64,000 nucleotides of DNA from a virus (taxonomy: Duplodnaviria; Heunggongvirae; Uroviricota; Caudoviricetes). Below, in pieces: positions 52,141-63,402 of the stretch. Every line of letters begins with the position of its first letter. Within the stretch, counting starts at the first letter, position 1. The position numbers and the translations under genes were made by a program. The notes beneath the pieces were generated by a model. That model was not told where the DNA came from, did no database searches, and was given only the letters and a program-made list of their open reading frames with translations. The stretch lies in the IMG/VR virus record IMGVR_UViG_2671180921_000012. One strand, given 5' to 3'.

Positions 52141-52655
52141 TGGCGTTAACACACCGCGAACTCTGTCAGATTGCGTACAAGTTCCTTAAGCGCAACGGGT
52201 TCAAGGTTTGTTTTCATGACCGCTTTATAGCTGTAACCAGTACCGGAGAACAGCCAGATGCTATGGGATTCAGAAATTCAGCATCATGCCTGATAGAGGC
52301 GAAATGTTCTCGTGCTGACTTGTTGGCAGATAGAAAAAAGCGTTTTCGTAAAAATCCGTCTCTTGGAATGGGCGACTGGCGATTCTTTATTAGTGAGCCG
52401 GGAATTATTTCAATTGAGGATTTACCACCTGGCTGGGGATTACTTCACGTTGTTAACGGAAGAGTACGGAAAGTACATGGGTGGCCCAAGGGTAATTGCT
52501 GTTGGGGTAATCCTGACGATAAGCCATTTACTGGAAATAAGCAGGTTGAATGCGATTACATGTTATCTGCATTAAGGCGTATGGAGTTGAGAGGGCACCT
52601 TAATGAAATATATGACGGTGTAATTGTTAATAAGAAAGAAGGAAACGCGGCATGA
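52141..52655 (+). CDS. PD-(D/E)xK-like protein (ORF track starts 52068; 171 aa from ATG 52141)
   Basis: DAMGF...LIEAKCSRADL arrangement suggests a restriction-endonuclease-like fold. Confidence 0.35.
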
Positions 52656-53038
52656 TCACTATTACCAAAGAGCGACTGCTGACAATCAAGCAGTGGCGCG
52701 AAACATACGGACCTGGTAGCAACGTTGTACTGCCAGCAGAAGAAGCGGAAGAACTGGCACGGATTGCGCTGGCATCGCTGGAAGCAAAACCAATAGGTGC
52801 TTTCCACATTGCAGAACAGCAGGTCGATGGCACAAGTGACTACATCAAGGATGGGGAGTGGCCTATTGATAATGGAATTATTGAGGTCTACGCCGCTCCA
52901 CCCGTTCCAGTAGTACCGGAAGAAAAACCAATGCCTAATCCTCTTAGCATGTACGCGGTTGATGCTGTTGCCGCTATTGCAGAGGTGAGAGGCTGGAACG
53001 CCTGCCGCGCTGCAATGCTTCAGGGAAAAGGAGAGTGA
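52652..53038 (+). CDS. Hypothetical protein sharing ELARIALASLEA motif with the DUF551-like gene (128 aa)
   Basis: ATGA overlap with upstream gene. Confidence 0.35.
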   Translation: MITITKERLLTIKQWRETYGPGSNVVLPAEEAEELARIALASLEAKPIGAFHIAEQQVDGTSDYIKDGEWPIDNGIIEVYAAPPVPVVPEEKPMPNPLSMYAVDAVAAIAEVRGWNACRAAMLQGKGE

Positions 53039-53039
53039 T

Positions 53040-53249
53040 ATGGCTATTGCCGCAAGTTACACAATGCATCTCTATTGTGACTGCCGCCAGTGTACGGAAG
53101 GTGTATATCCAGTGCCAGACTTCGGTGAGTATATAGGTACGTCATGGGCTGGCTGTGCAAAAGAGGCGCGCAAGGATGGCTGGCGAATAAGCAAAGACAA
53201 AACGCGTGCTTTTGCGCCTGGGCATAAAGTTTTGAGGATTAACAAATGA
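53040..53249 (+). CDS. Small Cys-rich protein (69 aa)
   Basis: CDCRQCTEG motif. Confidence 0.3.
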   Translation: MAIAASYTMHLYCDCRQCTEGVYPVPDFGEYIGTSWAGCAKEARKDGWRISKDKTRAFAPGHKVLRINK

Positions 53250-54193
53250 CCACTATTACCAGAGAACAAGCTCTGAAAATTATTGAGGCAGCCGATGAGG
53301 TTATTAGTGCGCTGGCCGGAACTAACGAGGATGTTCACCCTGGTAGCGATAACATGCTACGCCTGTGGGATGACCTGAATGACCGTTACGCGCCGCCGGA
53401 AATTGTGCGTGAACTGGCACGGATTGTGCTGGCATCGCTGGAAGCCGAGCCTGTTCTGTATCAGTCCTGCACTCGCCCCACCTGGAATAGCGGTGTTCCG
53501 TGGACGGAATGGAAAGAACGAAGTCGTGAGTGCTACGAAGACGATTTGCGCTTTACAGACACGCCTGACCATGCCGGTTGGATATACAAATGTCGAAAAC
53601 TATATACCACTCCGCCAGCGCCGATAGCGTTAGAGGCCATTGAAAACGCAATTGAATACATCCGCAGTATCGCTTTTCACATCGATGAAGACGATTACCA
53701 CGGCAAACATATTGCGTATTTCATGCAGCAAGCATTGGCCTGGCTGGAAGGGCATTCATGCAGCGACGACAGACTGGGTAAAGCCGAGAATCAACCAGTA
53801 CGCGGCAACCAGGCTGCCGAATCCAATCGCGATAATGAGTGGACTGGCAATCCTGATATTGATAACGCCATCATCATGCTCGACCGCATAGATACGCTGG
53901 AAAATTGCGATGATGACCGTATTGAGGCTGTTAAGGCTGTTTTGCGTAGACTGGCTGGCAACTATCCGGTAATTCCGGATGGTTGGATAAGCTGTAGTGA
54001 GCGAATGCCTGAGAACATTCCCGGAAGTTGTAAAGAGTATCTGGTGTTTGATGGGCTTAATAATAAAGTTCATCACGATTACTGGGTTGTCCCTGATGGA
54101 GACAGTGCGCCAGTTGCGTCGTTCTGGAATCATTACGGGGCACATGTAACTCACTGGATGCCTCTACCAGAACCGCCGCAGGAGGCGAAATGA
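53246..54193 (+). CDS. Protein with C-terminal DUF551-like module (315 aa)
   Basis: C-terminal ...FWNHYGAHVTHWMPLPEPP resembles the DUF551 signature. Confidence 0.4.
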   Translation: MTTITREQALKIIEAADEVISALAGTNEDVHPGSDNMLRLWDDLNDRYAPPEIVRELARIVLASLEAEPVLYQSCTRPTWNSGVPWTEWKERSRECYEDDLRFTDTPDHAGWIYKCRKLYTTPPAPIALEAIENAIEYIRSIAFHIDEDDYHGKHIAYFMQQALAWLEGHSCSDDRLGKAENQPVRGNQAAESNRDNEWTGNPDIDNAIIMLDRIDTLENCDDDRIEAVKAVLRRLAGNYPVIPDGWISCSERMPENIPGSCKEYLVFDGLNNKVHHDYWVVPDGDSAPVASFWNHYGAHVTHWMPLPEPPQEAK

Positions 54194-54450
54194 TGGATGT
54201 AAAAGAGAAGGTTTTGCAGGTGATGCGTTCCCGGGCTGCCCTGCAAGATAAAGCTCTCGGCGGGAAATATCCATTCAGGATGGCAACCTGGAATCTGCGG
54301 TTGGCAATGGAGAAGGAATTTCCTGATGAAGAATGGCGTTCGGCAGATTTGCGCAAAATTCTTATGGAGATGGCTAAAGATGGAACAGTATCCAAAGATA
54401 CCCATGCCAGCCGGATTGGTCAGGCGGTATGGAGACTGGAGGTGAGGTAA
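54190..54450 (+). CDS. Hypothetical small protein (86 aa)
   Basis: ATGA overlap with upstream gene. Confidence 0.3.
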   Translation: MMDVKEKVLQVMRSRAALQDKALGGKYPFRMATWNLRLAMEKEFPDEEWRSADLRKILMEMAKDGTVSKDTHASRIGQAVWRLEVR

Positions 54451-54526
54451 TAAGCTGGCCTGAAGCATTTGCGATTGTAGGCGTAGCTATGGCGATTGCC
54501 GCTATTTTTATCTTCTGGGGGTAACG

Positions 54527-54760
54527 ATGGGAAAATTAACTTTTGTAGTCGAATTTGAGGATGGCAAAGAGCCACCTGTTAGCGCCAATCTTGATGTTGC
54601 TGGTGGCAGGCTGGTTTCGGTTCTATTTGGTGATTACCGCGACGACTTCTTTCAGCCTGAAGAAGTTGATGTAGTGCGAGAAGCATTAAACGAGCTAAGT
54701 GTTGATAACGATGATGCTCATGCGGAAATCATCAAAAAAATGGAACTGCTAACTCACTAA
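54527..54760 (+). CDS. Hypothetical small acidic protein (77 aa)
   Basis: ORF only. Confidence 0.3.
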   Translation: MGKLTFVVEFEDGKEPPVSANLDVAGGRLVSVLFGDYRDDFFQPEEVDVVREALNELSVDNDDAHAEIIKKMELLTH

Positions 54761-54938
54761 ATTATCAATTATGGTGCTATCACCTACGACACCGAGAGAA
54801 AATTTATAATGTCAAAAGTAAATGTTTTGATTTTTTCAGCAATTGTTGGCTTTGGTTTTACTGCCGGAGTGCAGATTTATATTACGTGGGAAAAAATCAT
54901 CAACTACGCATGGAGTTGTTTTATTAAGTGAGGTAAGT

Positions 54939-55232
54939 ATGTGGAGAGGTAATAATCATGGCAAAAGCCAGATGATACTTACCGAATATAAGCTAGACCA
55001 CAAAACCAATAAATCACGCTCAGTATATTTGCTCCGGCACAATAGCCGCGTAAGAAATACCGTGCTGGAACAAAATCTGACAGTTGAAATGGATAATTGC
55101 GGGGGATTCAAGCCAACAATTTCGCTTGATGATTTTCCTCGTGGTTTAAGCGAAAGAGAAGCAATGCTGAAATTAGCAGAATGGCTACAAAGATTAAGCA
55201 TTGCTATTGAAGATAACTGGTCTGAACCTTAA
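54939..55232 (+). CDS. Hypothetical protein (98 aa; ORF track starts 54843)
   Basis: SD GAGGTAAG before ATG 54939. Confidence 0.3.
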   Translation: MWRGNNHGKSQMILTEYKLDHKTNKSRSVYLLRHNSRVRNTVLEQNLTVEMDNCGGFKPTISLDDFPRGLSEREAMLKLAEWLQRLSIAIEDNWSEP

Positions 55233-55466
55233 ATTTATATGATGACACTAAAACATTTTCTTGACCGCCCATTATGGGCGGCAGCCGCAGGCTATGACTT
55301 TAATTATATGGATTGCATGTCTTGTACTGCCAATGCATACGACCATTCGTTCATCCTGCTGTTTAATTCTTTAAGAATATTGCCGGAAACAGTATTTCTT
55401 AGGTGATGGAATGACTGATATTGCCAAAATGAACATTGAAGAATGGACTAAGGAATGTGAAAAGAA

Positions 55467-56090
55467 ATGGCGCAAAAAGAAATGACCAGAATCACTGAAG
55501 AGCGCATATCAGAGATTATTTCCCGTATCGAAATGTATGGTCACGGTGCTGGATATACGGCAGATGAAGTATTGGAAATAGCCCAGCAGATGCTGGCCTT
55601 GAGACAAAAAGAGCAACATGAAAGCAATACGTGTAGATTGAATTTTGAGCAGTGGCTGGAACAGCAACGCGGGAAAATCGATGTGGACTGTGGTTGTGTG
55701 TCCACTGAAACATTCATGCACTGGCTGCGGGTAGCTTACGAGGCTGGCAACTATCCGGATATTCCGGATAGTTCGGCGCAAGCACCAGGGAAGGGGGGCT
55801 TCCCCGGAGAGCGGATTCGAATTAAGCCGCATGTTTACCGTGAACTGGTTAACCGCCTCCACGATACAGCGATCAAGTGTGCTGGCACCCAGCAATTACG
55901 GGAAAGAATTAGCCGCGTTTTGGGCGAAGTTATTACACCAGATCGTCATAAACAAGCCGAGAAAAGCGGTCTGGAAAGGAGTCATCTTGAAGCGGCATTA
56001 AACATTAAACCGGGGCATACGCTAGGTGTCATTGATGCCATGTTGGTTCATGAAATGGCTAAGGCGTTATTGCCACTGGAGGCTGATTAA
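55467..56090 (+). CDS. Hypothetical protein (207 aa)
   Basis: ORF only. Confidence 0.35.
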   Translation: MAQKEMTRITEERISEIISRIEMYGHGAGYTADEVLEIAQQMLALRQKEQHESNTCRLNFEQWLEQQRGKIDVDCGCVSTETFMHWLRVAYEAGNYPDIPDSSAQAPGKGGFPGERIRIKPHVYRELVNRLHDTAIKCAGTQQLRERISRVLGEVITPDRHKQAEKSGLERSHLEAALNIKPGHTLGVIDAMLVHEMAKALLPLEAD

Positions 56091-56153
56091 ATTCCGGATA
56101 AAGCTGATATCTGATCACCATGCTAAAATCCCCTCAATTCACAGAGGGGATTT

Positions 56154-56426
56154 TTGTATATGTTGCGTAGATTTTTAGGTAAAAGCGTTATTGTCGGTGC
56201 GATGTTGGCTATGTCTGGGTGTGCTATGGTGCAATACAATGACGGAGAAAAGGTTAGCATCCAGTCAGATGGTTGGTATGGCCTGGATAGCCTGCAAAAA
56301 ACAGCGGATAAAGCCTGCCAGCAATACGGAAAGTCTAAAGCCGTATATCAGCATAGCGCGAACGCTAACCCTCATCTTGCGCCCGGTTCGGGTGTTCAGA
56401 ATACCATCTGGAAATGTGAGCCTTAA
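56154..56426 (+). CDS. Small lipoprotein (90 aa)
   Basis: Lipobox AMLAMSGC. Confidence 0.45.
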   Translation: MYMLRRFLGKSVIVGAMLAMSGCAMVQYNDGEKVSIQSDGWYGLDSLQKTADKACQQYGKSKAVYQHSANANPHLAPGSGVQNTIWKCEP

Positions 56427-56428
56427 AC

Positions 56429-56677
56429 ATGAGCGACTGGAATATTGCAGCCAAAAGTCAGGAAGAACGGGATAAGGTTAACGTAGATCTGGCTGCCAGC
56501 GGTGTGGCGTACAAAGAGCGATTGAACATACCAGTCATAGCGGAACAGGTGGCCAGGGAACAACCTGAGCACTTGCGTGCATATTTCATGGAAAGACTAC
56601 GTTATTACCGCGAGCAGAGCGTGAAACTACCAAAAGGAAGTGATCCGGTATATCAAAAGGCAGATCCACAAAAATAA
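56429..56677 (+). CDS. hot: Hot, homologue of DNA polymerase III theta subunit (82 aa)
   Basis: [43 protein letters not shown] parallels E. coli HolE. Confidence 0.8.
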   Translation: MSDWNIAAKSQEERDKVNVDLAASGVAYKERLNIPVIAEQVAREQPEHLRAYFMERLRYYREQSVKLPKGSDPVYQKADPQK

Positions 56678-56788
56678 GCCTTTTCAATAAGCTATATCAC
56701 CACCAGCTAAAAAATACATTCTGACTTGCATGAAATGCGCCCTTTAGCGATATACTGTATATAAACACAGTATTTAGGAGGGCGTATA

Positions 56789-57181
56789 ATGGGATTCCCA
56801 TCACCAGCAGCCGATTTTGCTGAAAGCAGAATTTCGCTTGACGCACAATTCATCAAACGACCAACCGCAACATATTTCATGCGGGCCGCCTGCTCACATC
56901 TCCGTGAGGGGATTTTGCAAGGTGCAATGCTGGTGGTTGATTCATCTCTTCCACCACTGGATGGTTCTCTACTCATATGTGCCGTAGAGGGAGAATTTCG
57001 CGTAAAGCGATACCGCAAGCATCCTCGCCCACACCTTGAGGATCTGGAAAGCGGAAGACGTGAGTCACTGCCAGATGATGATGACAGCAGCTATTCCGGG
57101 AGTCAGGCCATATTCGGGGTAATCACATACATCATTAACGATGCCAGGAGTGGGGAATTTGATGATTGCCCGGTGATTTAA
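56789..57181 (+). CDS. humD: HumD, UmuD'-like protein (130 aa)
   Basis: Starts GFPSPAADFAE...ATYFMRA as processed UmuD'; S24 peptidase-like body. Confidence 0.8.
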   Translation: MGFPSPAADFAESRISLDAQFIKRPTATYFMRAACSHLREGILQGAMLVVDSSLPPLDGSLLICAVEGEFRVKRYRKHPRPHLEDLESGRRESLPDDDDSSYSGSQAIFGVITYIINDARSGEFDDCPVI

Positions 57182-57253
57182 GCTGCAAAGAGCTGGTGCT
57201 TTATGCTTGTGAAGTTTATACTTGTGTACACATAACGAGTACACGAGGTGTTT

Positions 57254-57475
57254 ATGCAATCCATTAACTTCCGTACCGCGCGTGGCAACCTTTCTGAAGT
57301 GCTCAACAATGTTGAAGCCGGGGAAGAGGTTGAAATCACCCGCAGAGGCCGTGAGCCAGCAGTAATTGTCAGCAAGGCTACTTTCGAAGCCTACAAAAAA
57401 GCGGCGCTGGATGCTGAATTTGCATCCCTGTTTGACACCCTGGACTCCACCAACAAGGAACTGGTTAACCGATAA
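57254..57475 (+). CDS. phd: Phd antitoxin (73 aa)
   Basis: [39 protein letters not shown]... recognised as P1 Phd. Confidence 0.9.
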
Positions 57476-57855
57476 TGAGGCATATATCACCGGAAGAACT
57501 TATTGCGCTTCATGATGCGAATATAAGCCGCTACGGCGGCCTGCCGGGAATGTCAGATCCGGGTAGGGCAGAGGCCATTATCGGGAGAGTTCAGGCCAGA
57601 GTTGCCTACGAAGAGATCACCGACCTTTTCGAAGTCTCCGCCACCTACCTGGTGGCTACAGCGAGAGGGCATATATTCAATGATGCCAATAAGCGTACCG
57701 CGCTAAACAGTGCGCTGCTATTTCTACGCCGTAACGGGGTGCAGGTATTTGATTCACCTGAACTGGCAGACCTTACTGTAGGCGCTGCGACTGGCGAGAT
57801 ATCTGTATCTTCTGTCGCCGACACGTTACGTAGATTGTATGGTTCTGCGGAGTAG
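57475..57855 (+). CDS. doc: Doc toxin (Fic-fold kinase, 126 aa)
   Basis: Overlaps phd stop; [11 protein letters not shown] Fic-type motif; 126 aa. Confidence 0.9.
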
Positions 57856-57859
57856 ATTA

Positions 57860-58039
57860 ATGGCACGCAAATACAACAAATTGTCCCGTGAAGCGTTAAA
57901 GATGCTTCTTGATGGCGTGAGTCGCCGCAAGGTAAAGCAATACCTGGTTGGTAAGCAAATTGGAGTCAGGACCGCTATTGCTGTGTTATGCCGTCAGGAA
58001 ATGGTTGTGCTTAAACAGAGAATGCCGGGCAGCAGATAA
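57860..58039 (+). CDS. Small basic protein downstream of doc (59 aa)
   Basis: SD GGAG 8 nt before ATG 57860. Confidence 0.35.
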   Translation: MARKYNKLSREALKMLLDGVSRRKVKQYLVGKQIGVRTAIAVLCRQEMVVLKQRMPGSR

Positions 58040-58066
58040 AGCCCAATCAGTGATTAAAGGTGTGAT

Positions 58067-59110
58067 GTGAAAGCCGTAATTACTCCCTTTGTACAGAAAG
58101 AGCTTGGCCTCGCCACGTTCAAAGTGGATCAGGAGGTCAGAAAGCTGGTGGAGGCTGGCCGTAAATTTATTATGGAGCCGGTGCCGCGTGAGTTAATCGA
58201 GCACATGGAAGACGGCCTCGTTGTTACCGAGCAAACCATGGCAACAAATGAGGCGTTGCAGCCGTTTTTTAACAGCGATGAACTGTTTCGCCGTATTGGT
58301 GGAATTGACGCGCTGGTGGCGTGGTTGCGTAGGAAAGAGGGTCAATGCCAGGCCGCAGATCGTAGTTGGTGTGACAACCATATTGTCCACGCTGAACGAG
58401 ACAATAGCGCGGTGTTGTTGTGCTGGCATCACGATAACCATTACCGGATGCGTGGTTTTAATGAGCTGAAAGAAACGCTGCACAATAATCGCGTTAACTG
58501 GATACTGGATGTCGCCCGTCAGGAAATGGGCCTTTCAAATAGCCATGATTTAAGTATTCAGGAGCTGTGCTGGTGGGCTTTCATGCGCAACATGATGCAC
58601 CTGATGCCGGAAGAAGTCTGCCGCATATCAATAAATAAGATGAAGGCTACTCCGCAGGATAGCGGACCTCTGAAAGAGGCGGATATTCGCCCGTATGACG
58701 ATCGCGCTACAGCATATGTTCAGATGATGGAAGAACGCGCCGCGCCGATGCGTGCAAAAGTATGCCCTGTGGATGTTGACGCCGACCCTGGCATGGCGCA
58801 TTTCAAAATACCAAAACTTCAATCGCTAAAATTGCCCGAGTACATGGATTTTGTGGCTTCCCGTCCATGCTGTGGCTGTGGAGCTGCGGGAGCTGGCGCT
58901 CACATTACGCCTTATATCGTTCGTCATAGTCGATTATGCGCGCATGACATTTATGCTATTCCTCTGTGCCAGTCATGCCAGCGTGATATTGAGCGTGACC
59001 GCGATAATTGGGAGAAGACGCACGGTAGGCTGGCGATGCATCAACGATTGTTCTTTGATTACGCGCTTGGAGTCGGCGCTATCACAAGTCATTCGTCGAG
59101 CGTTAGATAA
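58067..59110 (+). CDS. DUF968-like protein with C-terminal Cys-rich HNH-like motif (347 aa)
   Basis: [19 protein letters not shown]...[20 protein letters not shown]. Confidence 0.4.
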   Translation: MKAVITPFVQKELGLATFKVDQEVRKLVEAGRKFIMEPVPRELIEHMEDGLVVTEQTMATNEALQPFFNSDELFRRIGGIDALVAWLRRKEGQCQAADRSWCDNHIVHAERDNSAVLLCWHHDNHYRMRGFNELKETLHNNRVNWILDVARQEMGLSNSHDLSIQELCWWAFMRNMMHLMPEEVCRISINKMKATPQDSGPLKEADIRPYDDRATAYVQMMEERAAPMRAKVCPVDVDADPGMAHFKIPKLQSLKLPEYMDFVASRPCCGCGAAGAGAHITPYIVRHSRLCAHDIYAIPLCQSCQRDIERDRDNWEKTHGRLAMHQRLFFDYALGVGAITSHSSSVR

Positions 59111-59111
59111 A

Positions 59112-59128
59112 ATTGCTCTAATGTATTG
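59112..59128 (+). promoter_or_regulatory. C1 operator variant (ATTGCTCTAATGTATTG) upstream of lpa
   Basis: 13/17 to consensus with perfect ATTGCTCTAAT core. Confidence 0.5.
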
Positions 59129-59198
59129 CTATTTCTTTAATCGAGGGTATTATATTCGACGTTGATTAGTTGACATGGGCTAATCAGTAGGTGACAGG

Positions 59199-59651
59199 AT
59201 GTTACTTAACTGGCAGGGACGCCACTTCATGGAAATAAATCACTCACGAATAACATCGTACGAGATTGCGGATTACATGATCCGCACTAAATCTCTTCTA
59301 TCAGCGAAAGATCTCGCAGCAATTCTTGAAAAGGAATACCCGCATCTGGATGTCGATAAGCGCGATGTTTATCTGCGCTTAAAGGCTATCGCTGTGTCTA
59401 AGTATTCGTCTGTTTTGATTGATGACAGTACACGCCCACGTAGATTTCAGATCCACTCTCTGAATCCTGAATTCTTTCGCCGCAGCCGCGCTCCGCGCCG
59501 GTTTGATGAAAAACTCCAGAACGAACTCTATATGACGCAGGACGAAAAGGAACGCCGGGAGCACCAGCCTTGGGTGATGGCGCGTCAACTTTTCAATAAG
59601 GTGGTCCGTCAGCACCGTCATTACGGTAATGCCACATCCGCACGTATCTGA
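59199..59651 (+). CDS. lpa: Late promoter activator Lpa candidate (150 aa; alternative start 59229)
   Basis: Small basic protein between a C1 operator and pacA, as P1 lpa. Confidence 0.55.
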   Translation: MLLNWQGRHFMEINHSRITSYEIADYMIRTKSLLSAKDLAAILEKEYPHLDVDKRDVYLRLKAIAVSKYSSVLIDDSTRPRRFQIHSLNPEFFRRSRAPRRFDEKLQNELYMTQDEKERREHQPWVMARQLFNKVVRQHRHYGNATSARI

Positions 59652-59661
59652 TTGATTGCTT

Positions 59662-59679
59662 GCCCGTTCCGGGCCTTTT
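59662..59679 (+). terminator. Terminator-like hairpin after lpa
   Basis: GCCCG-TTC-CGGGC followed by CTTTTG. Confidence 0.45.
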
Positions 59680-59701
59680 GACATGTGACTTTCGTTACCC
59701 T
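59680..59701 (+). promoter_or_regulatory. Candidate late promoter of pacAB (GACATGTGACTT-N4-TACCCT)
   Basis: 10/12 match to the AACAARTGACTW motif of the three minus-strand late promoters, same spacing to a TANNNT. Confidence 0.35.
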
Positions 59702-59737
59702 CGCGTCAAAAAGAGTTTTATACGAAAGGAAGCATAA

Positions 59738-60931
59738 GTGACCTGGGACGATCACAAGAAGAATTTTGCTCGCCTGGCGCGAGATGGTGGTTACACCATC
59801 GCACAATATGCCGCCGAGTTTAATCTCAACCCAAACACCGCACGTCGTTATCTCCGTGCATTCAAAGAAGACACCGGAACAGCGGACAGCCGTAAGCCAA
59901 ATAAGCCTGTCAGGAAACCACTAAAAAGCATGATCATTGATCACGCTAATGATCAACGTGCAGGTGATCACGTTGTGGCTGAAATGGCTGAAAAACAAAG
60001 AGTTAATGCTGTTGTCAGTGCCGCAGTCGAGAACGCTAAGCGCCAAAATAAGCGCATAAATGATCGTTCTGATGATCATGACGTGATCACCCGCGCCCAC
60101 CGTACCTTACGTGATCGCCTGGAACGCGACACCCTGGATGATGATGGTGAACGCTTTGAATTCGAAGCTGGCGATTACCTGATAGATAACGTTGAAGCGC
60201 GGAAGGCCGCGCGCGCTATGTTGCGTCGGTCCGGGGCTGATGTTCTGGAAACCACTCTTCTGGAAAAGTCTCTCTCTCATCTCCTTATGCTGGAGAACGC
60301 CAGGGATACGTGTATTCGCTTGGTTCAGGAAATGCGCGATCAGCAAAAAGACGATGATGAAGGAACTCCGCCTGAATACCGTATCGCGAGCATGCTAAAC
60401 AGCTGTTCCGCGCAGATAAGCAGCCTGATCAACACCATTTACAGCATCCGGAATAACTATCGAAAAGAAAGCCGGGAGGCGGAAAAGCACGCTTTGTCTA
60501 TGGGGCAAGCTGGCATTGTTAAGCTGGCATACGAACGAAAGCGTGAAAACAACTGGTCAGTGCTGGAGGCAGCTGAATTCATCGAGGCGCATGGAGGGAA
60601 AGTACCGCCCCTGATGCTGGAGCAAATCAAAGCCGATCTGCGTGCTCCTAAGACCAATACCGATGATGAGGAAAGGCAAACAGCCGTCGGTGGCCCTTCT
60701 CTTGAAGATCTGGACAAAGTTGCGCGAGAACGGGCCGCCAACCGCCGCGCCGATGCCGCATTGTGGATTGAGCAGCGTAGGGAAGAAATCGCCGATATCG
60801 TTGATACAGGCGGTTATGGAGATGTTGATACTGAAGGTGTATCAAACGACCCATGGCTGGAACAAGACCTGGACGAAGACGAGGAGGAAGACGAAGAAGT
60901 TACCCGCAAGCTATACGGGGATGATGATTAA
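59738..60931 (+). CDS. pacA: Terminase small subunit PacA (397 aa, GTG start)
   Basis: 397 aa; contains the hexamer-repeat pac site; acidic C-terminus. Confidence 0.8.
   Translation: MTWDDHKKNFARLARDGGYTIAQYAAEFNLNPNTARRYLRAFKEDTGTADSRKPNKPVRKPLKSMIIDHANDQRAGDHVVAEMAEKQRVNAVVSAAVENAKRQNKRINDRSDDHDVITRAHRTLRDRLERDTLDDDGERFEFEAGDYLIDNVEARKAARAMLRRSGADVLETTLLEKSLSHLLMLENARDTCIRLVQEMRDQQKDDDEGTPPEYRIASMLNSCSAQISSLINTIYSIRNNYRKESREAEKHALSMGQAGIVKLAYERKRENNWSVLEAAEFIEAHGGKVPPLMLEQIKADLRAPKTNTDDEERQTAVGGPSLEDLDKVARERAANRRADAALWIEQRREEIADIVDTGGYGDVDTEGVSNDPWLEQDLDEDEEEDEEVTRKLYGDDD
59931..60117. repeat. pac: pac packaging site: TGATCA/TGATCG hexamer clusters (4 left, 4 right) with Dam GATC sites
   Basis: Hexamers at 59931, 59938, 59950, 59965 and 60061, 60073, 60084, 60112. 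Confidence 0.8.
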
Positions 60932-62415
60932 TGGCCAGAAGTTGCGTAACGGATCCACGTTGGCGCGAGCTGGTGGCGCTATATCGTTATGACTGGATTG
61001 CTGCCGCTGATGTTTTGTTCGGCAAAACACCTACCTGGCAGCAGGATCTGATTATTGAGTCTGTGCAGGAACAGGGTAGCAAGACATCTGTTTCGTCTGG
61101 TCACGGTACCGGGAAATCAGACATGACTTCTATCATGATCATGTTGTTCATAATCATGTATCCAGGTGCCCGTGCCATTATCGTTGCGAACAAAATTCAG
61201 CAGGTAATGACCGGTATATTCAAGTACATCAAGATAAACTGGGCTACTGCCACCAGCCGTTTCCCATGGCTTGCTGATTATTTTGTTCTGACAGAAACCG
61301 CTTTCTATGAGATTACTGGTAAAGGTGTATGGACTGTAGTACCGAAGGGCTTTCGTCTGGGAAGTGAAGAAGCTCTCGCCGGTGAACACGCAGATCATCT
61401 TCTGTATATTATCGATGAAGCCTCCGGTGTCAGTGATAGAGCTTTCGGTATCATCACCGGTGCTCTTACCGGACAGGATAACCGCATCTTATTGCTGTCA
61501 CAGCCTACACGCCCAAGCGGCTATTTCTACGATACACACCATAAACTGGCCAAGCGTCCTGGTAACCCTGATGGCGTTTATACGGCGATCACGCTTAACA
61601 GTGAGGAATCACCGTTGGTAACGCCAGCATTTATCAAAATGAAGCTGGCGGAGTACGGCGGGCGTGATAACCCTATGTACATGATTAAGGTACGCGGCCT
61701 ATTCCCTAAATCACAGGATGGCTTCCTTCTTGGACGTGATGAGGTTGAACGTGCAACGCGGCGGAAAGTCAAGATTGCAAAAGGATGGGGCTGGCTTGCA
61801 TGTGTGGACGTTGCTGGTGGTACGGGACGGGATAAGTCCGTTATCAATATCATGATGGTGTCCGGCCAGCGAAATAAACGCCGTGTAATCAACTATCGAA
61901 TGCTGGAATACACAGACGTTACAGAAACGCAGCTTGCCGCCAAAATTTTCGCAGAATGTAATCCTGAGCGATTCCCAAATATCACCATAGCGATAGACGG
62001 CGATGGCCTGGGTAAAGCAACGGCGGATCTGATGTACGAGTATTATGGTATTACCGTACAGCGTATACGCTGGGGTAAAAAGATGCATAGCCGTGAAGAT
62101 AAGAGCCTGTACTTTGATAAACGTGCTTATGCCAACGTTCAAGCCGCAGAGGCCGTAAAATCTGGTCGTATGAGACTGGATAAGGGTAATGAAACTATTG
62201 AGGAAGCGTCGAAAATCCCTGTAGGGATTAACTCCGCAGGTCAATGGAAGGTGATGAGTAAGGAGGATATGAAGAAAAAACTCAACCTGCACTCACCAGA
62301 CCATTGGGATACATATTGTTTCGCTATGCTGGCTGATTATGTTCCCCAGGATGAAGTGCTTAGCGTCGAAGACGAAGCGCAGGTTGATGAAGCTCTGGCA
62401 TGGCTTAATGAATAA
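60931..62415 (+). CDS. pacB: Terminase large subunit PacB (494 aa)
   Basis: Walker A SGHGTGKS; start overlaps pacA stop. Confidence 0.8.
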   Translation: MARSCVTDPRWRELVALYRYDWIAAADVLFGKTPTWQQDLIIESVQEQGSKTSVSSGHGTGKSDMTSIMIMLFIIMYPGARAIIVANKIQQVMTGIFKYIKINWATATSRFPWLADYFVLTETAFYEITGKGVWTVVPKGFRLGSEEALAGEHADHLLYIIDEASGVSDRAFGIITGALTGQDNRILLLSQPTRPSGYFYDTHHKLAKRPGNPDGVYTAITLNSEESPLVTPAFIKMKLAEYGGRDNPMYMIKVRGLFPKSQDGFLLGRDEVERATRRKVKIAKGWGWLACVDVAGGTGRDKSVINIMMVSGQRNKRRVINYRMLEYTDVTETQLAAKIFAECNPERFPNITIAIDGDGLGKATADLMYEYYGITVQRIRWGKKMHSREDKSLYFDKRAYANVQAAEAVKSGRMRLDKGNETIEEASKIPVGINSAGQWKVMSKEDMKKKLNLHSPDHWDTYCFAMLADYVPQDEVLSVEDEAQVDEALAWLNE

Positions 62416-62439
62416 CTCATTGACCATGCCGGATAGAAA

Positions 62440-63291
62440 CTATTGCGCGCTTTCGGGGTTGTCGTTTACTGGCTGCCCCTTCTTAGTTTTACGGCTGCGC
62501 GTAACTGATGCGGCTGATTTGACCTTTTTCTCTTCGCGAGTGATGGCAATTTGTTTTTTTACATTTTCAATATCTGCCAGGCGATATATTTTTGCCTGCG
62601 GCCAGCGGTCGCAGATGATCGGTTCTATAGAGTCATAAAGGCTAAATTTTGCTTTCTCGAATTCACCGTTGATGATGATTCCATCACGGAGAGTTTCATC
62701 GCAGATAAACACACCACACAGCGGCACATGGTAACTAACTGATTTACCATCATTGTAGTTAGGGCTACTGGAAATGTAGTGGACGCGCAGCATTGTTTCG
62801 CTAAAGCCGTGTACACGCATACGGAATTTTTCATCCTCCGGGTACTGCTTCATTAGCTCTTTTGTTGCTTCCAGGTTCTCTATGTATTTCGCACTGTGCT
62901 CATTGATCCCCGCGCTTTTCTGGATGCGAATGTCCTTATCAATCAGATGAATAATGCGGCCAGCGGTCATGTTGACGCTGTTCACAGCTTCTGTCTGATA
63001 AGTCGTAACCTTACGCACACCGCGAAGGATGTTAGGCACAGGATATAAAATAGTCTTTGGGATATTGAGGTCTGGGTACTGTTCCAGTTCCCGCGCCATT
63101 AAAGTCCATTTATCAATTTCAGCCTGAATGCTGTCCGTTTCTTTGAACGGCAGAACGACAACCGGGCGTACAGGACGACCGTCGCTGGCGGCATCAACGT
63201 GTTGGGCGCGTGCAACAGCTTTTTTTAGAAAGAGATCCCTGAAGCTGACGAACTCCTGGTACAGTTGTTCGCCGTAGACATAATTTATCAT
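62440..63291 (-). CDS. c1: C1 repressor of lysis (283 aa)
   Basis: 283 aa, MINYVYGEQLYQEFVSFRDLF...; many cognate operators in window. Confidence 0.85.
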   Translation of the reverse strand: MINYVYGEQLYQEFVSFRDLFLKKAVARAQHVDAASDGRPVRPVVVLPFKETDSIQAEIDKWTLMARELEQYPDLNIPKTILYPVPNILRGVRKVTTYQTEAVNSVNMTAGRIIHLIDKDIRIQKSAGINEHSAKYIENLEATKELMKQYPEDEKFRMRVHGFSETMLRVHYISSSPNYNDGKSVSYHVPLCGVFICDETLRDGIIINGEFEKAKFSLYDSIEPIICDRWPQAKIYRLADIENVKKQIAITREEKKVKSAASVTRSRKTKKGQPVNDNPESAQ

Positions 63292-63385
63292 TGATCCTCC
63301 TCCAGAATTGACATGGCCAACAACTCACAGCGGATTACACTGGGAGTTGTTGGCCACCATTATAGAAGGATCCAACGAAAATAAT

Positions 63386-63402
63386 AGATTTATTAGTGCA
63401 TT
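63386..63402 (-). promoter_or_regulatory. C1 operator variant (AATGCACTAATAAATCT) between coi and c1
   Basis: 14/17 to consensus. Confidence 0.5.
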
